DNA of 64,000 bases. It comes from Cyanophora paradoxa CCMP329. Taxonomy: Eukaryota; Plantae; Glaucophyta. The position numbers were made by a program, and so were the translations under genes. The notes below the pieces were generated by a model that had not been told where the DNA came from, did no database searches, and saw only the letters and a program-made list of their open reading frames with translations. The number at the start of each line of letters is the position of its first letter. The first letter of the stretch is position 1. Shown one piece after another: positions 47,939 through 57,267 of this stretch. The DNA is taken from assembly GCA_004431415.1 (NCBI GenBank), contig QPMI01000468.1:85641-149640 (forward strand). The letters are read 5' to 3'.

Positions 47939-49757
47939 TCATGATCGGGGGCTTTGGGAGCCTCCGGGGCCGAGGGCGGTGGCGTAGCGGTTGTGTATGG
48001 CGACCCGCGCGAGACGGGAGCTCGCCGACGGCGACGGGCCCGAGGACGAGGGCGAGGCGCTCTGCGGCCGCCCCGGCCCCCGCTCCCCGGCGGCCGCCCC
48101 AGACGCTGGAGAGGCCGGCGCGTCGGCGGGGTCGGCGGCGGACGGCCCCGCGGCCGCGGCCTCGGGCGCCGACGCCGGCGCGGCTGTCCGTCCTTCGAGG
48201 GAGGCCGTCGACTGCGGGCGGCGGCGGTAGCCGATGGGCGGCTCGCGATCGGCCCCGGAAGCCGCGGCGGTCGCGGGCCGCGGCCGCAGCCGGGGGCTCC
48301 CGGCCGCGGCGGCCGCGGCGAGGGCCTCCCGCTCCTGGCCGCGGACCTCGGAGCAGAGGCGGAGGCGGCGCGGGCCGGACGAGCTGTCCGTGAGGGCCTC
48401 CAGTAGCGCGGCGAGGTAGGCGCGGCAGCGGGCGGCCGTCGCCGCGGGGCTCGAGCTCGCGGCTGGGGCGGCGCCCTCGGTCCCGGGCTCGCGATCGGGC
48501 TCCCCGTAGGTCTTGACCTGGATCATCGCGATCTGCACGAGGCTGGCGTAGAAGCCCTCGCGGGGGACGCCCCCGCGGGGCGAGCCCTGCCGGTCGATCT
48601 CCCAGTCGCGCTTCGCCCTCGCGCACGCGCGGGCAAAGTCCCGCGCATCGACGCCCAAGACCTTAGGGAAACTCAGGAATTAGGGATTGCTCGGGGGCGC
48701 AGCGATGGAAAGAACGCCGCGTCCGCGGACCGTCCGTTGGATGAGAACGTGCACCCTTGAGTACCTGCAAGACCCGGAGCGTAAGAATTCGAATTCATGC
48801 CATGATGATCAAGCACAAATTAAATTGAAACTTAGATCTCAAATTTCTCAGGCATTATATTTGAGCAACATCAAAATATAAAGCACCGGTCAAAGTCCAG
48901 CTCAGCGTGTGTGCTGGCCATGGATCCGGAATTGCGCGTACCTTGATCTCGCGGACTTGAGGGAGCGAAAATGGCTAGATAGAGCTGCCACGGAAGACGC
49001 ATTCAGAGGAAATTACGTAGAGCATGGGCGCATATGCATGGATGAATGTGGTAGAATTTTTCCCTGAGCGTACCTGGTCTAAAATTGCCCTCACCGAGGG
49101 GGCGGAGAGCAGGCAAGCGCCCAGGGAGTCGCCCCGGCAGCCCTCGAACTCGCGGTCCGCTATAGCTAGATCCTCGGGCACGGCCGCGGGCTCGGGGTCG
49201 ACGTCGTCGGCGCCGATCGCGAGTTCGAATTCGCGGGAGGGCGAGGGCGAGGACGAGCGCCGCCGCGTCGAACTCAAGGGCGACGAGTCCGAACTCGAGT
49301 CCAACTCCAGCTCGCTGCCGCTGCTGCAAATGGATTCCCTGTGCGTGGAGGTTGCGCCGCTGCAGCTGGCGCTGGCGCTGCTGCAAGTTGTGTGCGAGTC
49401 GTCATCTTCCGTGGCTGGCCATGTCGCGTCTGGTTCGTCTTGTTCATGGTCGATTTCAGACACGACGATGAGACGGGTCGGGCCGGGGTCTGAAGGGGCC
49501 GGCGCCTCGATGGTCTTGAACATAGGTAGGGCGGCGGCGGCGGGTTGCAATTGCAAGCACAAGGGAGCCGGAGCCGGCACCACGGCGGGTGCCACGTGCA
49601 CTCCAGACTTCGACGGACACGCCGAGGAATTTGTGGTCGGCGTCGGAATTCGAAGCAATTTCAGAGGTGCATGATCATGATCGCAATCTGGTTCGGGAGA
49701 GACTCGTCTCATGCGTGTGGAAGCCGATATCCGCCGGACGAAGCCCATAATGCCCAT
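47939..49757 (-). CDS. Hypothetical protein (Ser-rich N-terminus; possible degenerate EF-hand-associated region)
   Basis: Two long ORFs (48975-49769, 47939-48658) with plausible splice sites between them; AKRDWEID..VPREGFYASLVQIA. Middle exons unresolved. Confidence 0.45.
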
Positions 49758-50043
49758 CGTGGTGCGCAAAAGCTTGACTGCGCTATACGCACTATAGCTG
49801 CGGTATACGTACTACGGTATGCCAGACTACAATCGCAGGCCGCATATCATAGTATGCATGCGCAGCTGCAGCTAGCTATATAGCGCCGATGATAGCGCTA
49901 GCGCATATAGCGTTCATGATCATGATCACCGTAGCACAGCCGCTGATCATCATGACATGAGCGCGCGGGGAGCCTCGGCCGCCGCGGCGCGGAGCGCAGG
50001 TACCGTAGGTCCGTAGGTCCGTAGTACGCATGTGGACGGTCAC

Positions 50044-50225
50044 GGGTCGGACTCGGGAGCCTCGAGCTCGGACAGCCTCGGAGTCGACCGTCGGACGTCG
50101 GGAGTCGGGACTCGGGACTCGGACTCGGGAGTCGGGACTCGGGAGTCGGGACTCGGGACCCGGACCGTCCCGGAGTCCGGTCGGACTCGGGACTCCGAGG
50201 CTCGGGAGTCGGGACTCGGGAGCCT
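50044..50225. repeat. Heptamer minisatellite (TCGGGAC/TCGGGAG)n
   Basis: Repeated tcgggac/tcgggag/tcggac units read directly. Confidence 0.85.
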
Positions 50226-50294
50226 CGGCAGGAGGGCCAACCGTTGAACCGTTCAACGGTTAATTATATATAACAACTTGGCAAGCTAGCGCTA

Positions 50295-50548
50295 CCGTAA
50301 AACACAATATATAATATGACGGTCAAATTTATGTCGTTATAAAACCGGACCCTTCTCTATGCGAAATATGACATCCCCAAATTATGTCGTCAAGAAAGTT
50401 TCGGGCTTGTATAAGGCGGTAAATTTGGTGGGGTACCACTGAGCGTACATACTATGACGGTCCCAAATTATGTCGTTAAGTCCCGTCCGAGGCGACATAA
50501 TTTCGGGGCGACATAATAAAGTGCAGACCTTAATATTCTGCATTACGG
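50295..50548. mobile_element. TA-flanked MITE, AAATTATGTCG-motif type
   Basis: TA|CCGTAA...TTACGG|TA; three forward pairs TATGAC..AAATTATGTCG and one reverse pair. Confidence 0.7.
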
Positions 50549-50620
50549 TACTAGGCTAAGCTTAAGCCTAAGCTCATGATCCGATGATCAGCGGCTGCAT
50601 GCGCAGGCTCAGCGCAGCTA

Positions 50621-50882
50621 CCGTGTGGCACTAAATTACCGCGGCATAAATTACCGCGTTAGAAACTCCGGCCCGAGGGTGGCCAAAATACCGCGGTACC
50701 AAATTACCGCGTTTTACAAAACTGGAGGCTTGTATGGGGCAGTAATTGTTGGGGGTACTGTATGGAGCGATTTGGCTGCAGCTTATTACCGCGGTACCAA
50801 ATTACCGCGTTTTAACAAATTCTCGGCGCGGTAATTTGGTACCGCGGTAATTAAGTGGGCGCGGTATTATAGTGCCACACGG
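50621..50882. mobile_element. TA-flanked MITE (Tc1/mariner-pogo-like ends), AAATTACCGCG-motif type
   Basis: Perfect TIR CCGTGTGGCACTA / TAGTGCCACACGG, TA on both sides, about 9 copies of the TACCGCG core. Confidence 0.85.
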
Positions 50883-51142
50883 TAGCGCTGCAGTGCCGAG
50901 TCACTGCCGAGTCAGTGCCGACGACAAGTCTAGATCTACCGTTAACGTTACACGGCGTACCGTATTACCGTAGTACGTAGGGGACCGTCGGACGGTACCG
51001 GTAGGCTGGCGGTAGGGCACAGTGGGCCCGGGCACTTAAGTACCGCATGCGCACACTGTGAGTCTGCCAGGTCCCGGTGACCGGTACAGTGCGGCGGTAC
51101 TACGGTATAATAGGTCCGGTCCGGGTCACACCGGCACCGGTA

Positions 51143-51306
51143 CCGTGTAATACTTATTTACTGCGCCACAAATTACTGCGTTCCAAATTTTCTGCGCCGG
51201 TAGGCGCTTTACTGCGCTACCAAATTACTGCGTTCCATCGGCCTCGAAAATGCAGTAATATGGTAGCGCAGTAGTTATGTCAGCGCGGTAATTAAGTATT
51301 ACACGG
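51143..51306. mobile_element. TA-flanked MITE, AAATTACTGCG-motif type
   Basis: Perfect TIR CCGTGTAATACTTA / TAAGTATTACACGG with TA flanks; repeated TTACTGCG. Confidence 0.85.
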
Positions 51307-52253
51307 TACCGGCCCTAGGCCTACTACCGGGTTACTCCGGCCCGGCGGTATAAGCTACCGTACACTGCGGCGTACAGTACTCACTGCTACTCAGTGCTCA
51401 GTACTAGTATATATGCCGTAATATACGTGCGCTACGTATTCGCCATACTAGTACAAACTGTACAATTCGCCGCTAAACTTCGGGGCTAAATTTTAAACTA
51501 AGGGTTACTACTAGTATCTGCAGCTGCGGCTGAGCTGCCATTGCAATTGCAATTGCCAAACTTGAAAGTTAACGTTGGGTCTGAGTTGGCCAATGGCGAT
51601 ATATGCATGCGTACAAATTTTTAAATTAAAGTTGGGCCTTACGTATACCGTTTAACATACACAAAATTAACAGCCCGTGAGCTCAGCTCGATCAGCTGCA
51701 GTGAATCCCCAGTGATTGCGCTAGCGCTGCAATTTGCGCATGCCATCATTAATATTGCCATGGCCAGTTCCGAAGTTCAGCAATGAAATATAGTACTAGT
51801 ATATGCATCGAACTCATCATCATGATCATCACTGATTCTTCAGCACTCATATACACCGCGAATATACCAATTTCGGACCGTTTCAAGGTCCGTTTGGGAC
51901 CTTTCGGAAGTTTCGAATTGCGCGCATGCTCGATCGGAGGGGCTCGAAGCGATTCCAATAATGAACAGTTGCGGATGTGACTACTTTACAATCATTCTGT
52001 CTGATGGGGTTAAAACGTCCGAACGGTCCGATTCGTTCCGAAACAATTCGGATTGAACTGACATGAAGATGAAACAGTCACTTTTTTGCGGCAAGATTTT
52101 TCTGCGTTGTGTGTTTGTTTTTTGCACGCTGCGTTCGTCGTGCACGTGCACGGTGCACCGTGCACGCAGCGGGACTACCGAAAATCAGAATAATACGGTA
52201 CGCACTTTAAAAAACAACTTGCTCGGATAGGTCCGGGCCTACGTAGACCGGTA

Positions 52254-52580
52254 CCGTAATGTGGTCCGTAACAGAATAATATATACGGTACGCACTTTAT
52301 TATGTCATCCCCAAATTATGTCGCCGAAAACTTGGCATGACGACATAATTTGGGGACGTCATACCGGCCGTATAACACAATAACATGACGGGCACTTTAC
52401 TATGTCGGTATACGTACCAAATTATGTCCGGACCTCGACGTGATCTAACGACATAATTTGGGACCGACATAAAACGGGTACAGTAAGTCGCACATACAAT
52501 CAACCGCCCCATGGCCCCCATCTATACAAGCCTGAACATTTCATGACGACATAATTTGGGACCGGAACATTTCATAACGT
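52254..52580. mobile_element. Rearranged, inverted relative of the 50295 MITE
   Basis: CCGTAATG..CAGAATA..GCACTTTATTATGTC..AAATTATGTCG matches the reverse complement of the right end of 50295-50548. Right boundary unclear. Confidence 0.65.
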
Positions 52581-53064
52581 TAAAATTAACCCCCGCGCGC
52601 ATATATACAAGCCTGAACATTTCATAACCCCCGCGCGCGCGGCGGCGCCGGCGCCGCGCGCGCGCGCGCGCGGCGATCGAGCGCTTATCATGTAATAACG
52701 CGCGCGCATTCCAAATTTCCAATTGCAAAATTGCAACTCAATTCAAATCATCGATTGACTCCTGAGTCCTGAACCGTCGGAGCTCTTGGAGTCTTGGTCA
52801 CGACTCTTGGACCACTGCGCATGCGGCAACTTGCCAACAGCTGCCAATTCATTTGGCCCGTCGGTCCGGCCTTAGCTTGGACTCTTGGTCCCGGGGGGGA
52901 GTCTTGGACTCCGGGAGCGCTTCCGAAGTTCGAATTCGAATTTCCGACTCGGAACTTTTGGAAGTTCATCAAATTTAATTAAACCGGCTCATGCTAATAC
53001 TACGTATACTAGTTGACATGTCATGTCAACTAGTTGACATGTCATGTCAAAGCTTAAGTCAGTA

Positions 53065-53279
53065 CTGCAGGAATGCTTTTCTAGCCGATGTTTTAAATTG
53101 CCGTAAATTGCCGAGAGGCTGAATTCGGCAATTTAGCATTACGGCAATTGCTTGGGGGGTAGGTACTTTCCTAGCCCGCCATAGAGCAGAATCTAGATTC
53201 GGCAATTTATCGCCACGGCAATTCCAGTTTTGGTCGAATTCGGCAATTTAACTACGCGGCAATTTAAGCAGTCCTACAG
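53065..53279. mobile_element. TA-flanked MITE, AAATTGCCG-motif type
   Basis: TA|CTGCAGGAATGCTT...AAGCAGTCCTACAG|TA (2 mismatches); eight AATTGCCG/CGGCAATT motifs in four pairs. Confidence 0.8.
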
Positions 53280-54255
53280 TACTGACATGGACATGTCAAT
53301 GCCAATTGACATCGGACACGGCAACCCTAGTCGGCGGCGGCCGCGGGCCGCGGGTTCCCGGAGCCTCGGATCCGGAGTCCCTGCCCGGCCGGGCGCCGGG
53401 CCGCCGGCGCCGCCGGCCCGCGGCCGCGCCGGGGGCCCGGCGCCGGGCCGGCGGGGGGTACCGGTTCCCCCAGCCTGGCAGCCTGCAGCTGGGCCAGTCC
53501 GGGCCCAAGACCCGGAACTCCTGGGCCGGGAGTTCTACCGTAGTTCTACCGTAGTACGCACTGTACGACACTGTTCAGTGGCTTCAACGTTAATTATAAC
53601 GTGACTTCACTGAGTCAGTCAGAAGACTCTGAGACCGACAGAAGATCCTTTTCAGGTCGCGATCGACCCACGCCAAGCTAAGCTTAAAGCTTGGAATTCA
53701 GATGGGAAAAGCGCACAGGGGGGCACGCTCCCAGCAGGGTGTTGTATGGGATTGAGAGAACCTCAGTCGGCCAATTTATAATTACAGACTCAGTCGGGTC
53801 ATGATCAGTGAGACCCTCTGACTTATATTAGTCCCATAGAAATATCACGATATTTCCCGCTGAGTCGATATCAGGAATCACGACTCATGATCACATGATC
53901 GTGATTCACATCATGCATCGTGTTCGGAAGTTGAAAGATGCATGAAACGTTCAACGGTTTAGGGGAAAAGGGTTCGCACCATCTAAGGCTGAAATTGAAT
54001 TCGCGTTTAACGAGAGAGTGACTCTGTGAGCCTGTACTAAAAAAATGTTATATCATCGATCATCGATAAACGGGCCAACAACTTCGCTACAAGTAGCACC
54101 CGGGCATGAAACTCCTACACTAACCTGCCTACTGCCTGCTAACCGGAAAGCTTAGGTCGGGATCTGAACGAGGTGGGGTCCAGCCGGGGGTCGGGGGGCC
54201 AGGGGGGAGAGAGACACCCGCCCCGGGGTAGGTAGGTACCCCGTACCCCGGGCCG

Positions 54256-55103
54256 CTAGAGTGCGAGGGAGTCGGAGGGGAAGGCGAGGACGGTGGCGAT
54301 GGCGGCGCTGGTCCACGCCAGGAACACCTGCACCGCGTCCGTCCCGCACAGCCCCAGCTGCCCGGGCCCCGCCCCCTCAGCCCCGGGCGGGCCGGCGGGG
54401 CGGGGCGGGGCGGGGGCGGCGCACGGGGAACTCCTCGGCGGCGCAGAGGAAGGCGCGGTCGTCCATCAGGTTGGGGCCCCCGGCCCGCTCCCCGCACGCC
54501 TCGGCCGCCGCCTCGGGCCCGCCCCCGCCGCCGCCGCCGCGGCGCGGGGCCGGGGCCGGGGCGCCGGGGCGGGGCGCGGGGCCTCTGGGAGGGGTCGCCG
54601 AGGAGGGCGCCCCGGCCTGCCGCTGGAGCTCCGCCACCTCTGGGTGCCGGCTCGCCGCCCCCGCCCCCGCCCCGGCCTCGCCCTCGCCCTCGGCGCTGCC
54701 TCCTGCGCCGGCGCCTGGTCCCAGGCGAACGAGGGGATGCACAGGTGCACGGGGTTGATCGTCTGCGGGCAGTGGAGCCACGGCTCCTGCGCCCCGCCGC
54801 CCCGGCCCCGTCGGGCCCCGCCCGCCCGCCCACCCGGCCCCGGGGGCCCCGCGCCGCGGTCGCGCACCTCGCCCCACGGGTCCCGCTTGCGCATGCGCGA
54901 GTTCTTTATCTGGAGGGCGGTCAGGGCGGGCGCGGGGGGAGGCGGGCGGGGCGGGGCGGGCGGGGCGCGCCTGCTCGCGAAGGGTCTCGACGGCGGCGGA
55001 CCCGCCGTCGCAGATGGGGCGCGAGGCCTGCCGAGGCCCCGGTCGGTCGGTCGGTCGGTCGGTCGGTCGGGCGGGGCGCGCGGCAGGGCGGCTCGCGGCG
55101 GGG

Positions 55104-55134
<31 letters not shown>

Positions 55135-57044
55135 CGGACGTGGCGGTCGCCCTCGGTGGGGATCTGGAGGAAGGGGTCCTCGAGGAGGGCCTCCTCGATG
55201 GTGATGCGCCGCGCGCAGTTGTTCTCCAGCAGCTGCCGCAGGAGGGCCCAGCCGGCCCCGCCGTCCAGCTCCAGCGTCGCCAGCCCCGCCTCCAGCGGCT
55301 CCAGCAGCTCCGGCCGGCTCTTCCGCTTCGCGAGCCACCGCTCCTGCCGCCCCCGTCCCCGCTAAGGGCCGGGAAGGGAGGGGGGATGGATGGGGGAGGG
55401 GTAGACGGACGAGGTCGCCGCCCTGCTGGCGGAGCTCGGAGCGGAACTTGTCCATGGCGTCCGTGCAGCGGAAGGCCTCGAAGGCAGTCTGGAAGACAAC
55501 GATCCCCGCCGCGAACACGTCGAAGGCCGCCGGGTAGTCCGCCCGGATCCGCCACTCCGGCGGGAGGTACTCCCGCGTCCCTGCCCGCCCGCCCGCCGGC
55601 GCGTCGGCGCCGGCTCGTGCGGCTTTAGGAGGAAGGGGCGGGCGGGCGCACCGGGGGCCTCCTTAGGGATCCAGCCGATCTTCTGGTCGATGTCGACCGC
55701 GCAGCCGAAGTCGATGATCTTGATGTAGCCGTCCTTGGCGAAGAGAAGGTTCGCCGGCTTGATGTCTGCGCCGCCCTCGTCGCGCGGAGCGCGGCGGCGG
55801 CTGGCGGGCGGGCGGCGGCGGCGGGGCGGACCGCGGTGGTAGATGCCGTGGCCGTGGATGGCGTGGAGGCCGCGGAGGAGCTGCGCGGGCGTCGGAAAAG
55901 GAAGGAAAAGGAAGGGGGCGGGCGGGGGCGGGCGGGCCTGGCGCAGGAGGGCGCGGATGACGCGCGCGCTGCGCTCGGACTCGCCGGCCTCGGGCGACGT
56001 CTTCCCGAAGAGCTCCATCTCCAGCCCGCCTGCCCCGCCCGCCGTCGGCCCGGCCCGCTGCGGCGCCGCGCGACCAAGGCGGCGGCGCGCGCACCGAGCC
56101 AGTCCTCGCGCTGGAAGATGTGGTCGAGGGTGTACTCCCCCTCGTAGTCCCACACCAGCCAGAACACGCTCTCCGACTTGTGGTAGCCCAGGAAGCGCGC
56201 GACGTACGGGCACCGGCCCTGCGCAGCGTCGGCCGCCGCCCGGCGCGCCGCGCGCGCGCGGGCGGGCGGGCGGGCGGGAACAGGGCACCTCGGCCATGCG
56301 GGCGTTAGCGTAGAGCTCGACCTCGCCCTGCTGGAAGGTCCTCGGCTCGTGGTTCAAGCACTTCACCACCACCTGCCGCCGCGCCGAGCCGTGAGTTCCG
56401 GTCCGGCGCCCGCGCGGCGCGGCGGCCACTCACGTCGCGCCCAGCGTAGGGACCGCGAATCACTTTCGCCCTGTAGACGTTGCCGAAGCCTGCGGAGCAG
56501 CTCAGCGCTGCGTCCCGCGCTCGTCCCAAGCGGCGGCGGAGGGGCAGCACCGCCGGAGCCGAGCGTCTTCTTGCCGCCGAACAGGTCAATGTCCGTCGTG
56601 CTAAATGAGACGACTCCCTCGTCGGTGGGCTCCGCCTGCGAGGTGGCCGTCCCGCGCTGCAGGTCCTGGGCCATGCACGTGGTGACGTCCAGAGCCACCG
56701 CCGCGCCGGCGAGCGACCGCGGGAGGGATCGCGAGAGAGACGAGCTCAGCGCCGCCCCGTAGAATGAGCGGCGCAGGGGCGCCGCCGGCACCGCCCGCTC
56801 TTCCCGCCGTTGGACATCCTCTGAACGTCAACGTCACGAGGGCGAAAGCGGAAGCACTGGGCTCGCGCACCAGCGAGCCTCCGGATAGAGTGCCTTGCAC
56901 AACAACAGTGCGGCGCCGCAACCTGGGCCCGCGTGCGTGAGTGCTCCGGCTCCCGACCGGCACGGGCGATCAGACCTTCGCGCCGACGCCCCTCGGGGCG
57001 GGCAATGGCGACACGAACGCGGGGTTGTGTGGAGCGCGATCCAT
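54256..57044 (-). CDS. Plastid-targeted STN7/STN8/Stt7-family Ser/Thr kinase
   Basis: Transit-peptide-like PAFVSPLP...RRSFYGAAL...VTTCMA; KTLGSG|FGNVY, FWLVWDYEGEYTL, VIRALLRQ|LLRGL, YHR|DIKPAN, KIIDFGCAVD..IGWIPKE, TLELDGGAGWALL. The WxYEG, IPKE and LDGGxGW motifs are typical of this family. Confidence 0.8.
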
Positions 57045-57267
57045 TGCCGACGCGCGATGCGGCGGGCCAAAGGGCGTGAGTTGAAGGGCTGCGGCTGTTG
57101 GCGCTCCGGCTGAAGCTGGCGCTGAAGTTTACGCTGAGTGATTCCGCTGCCGCGCTGGGCTGCAGCGACTCCGCGGGGCGACCAATCGGGAGGGATGAGA
57201 TTCACTGGGGGTACGCAAGCTCGATCGATTCAAACCGAGGCCTAGGGCACTCGGCCGGCAGGGCCTC

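Noticed and set aside
50044-50225. Heptamer array as a telomere relic
   Set aside because: The unit does not resemble TnAGGG-type telomere repeats and is degenerate; treated as a minisatellite.
50295-53279. Spaced short repeats resembling a CRISPR array
   Set aside because: Eukaryotic context, mixed repeat orientation, TIRs with TA flanks, no cas genes.
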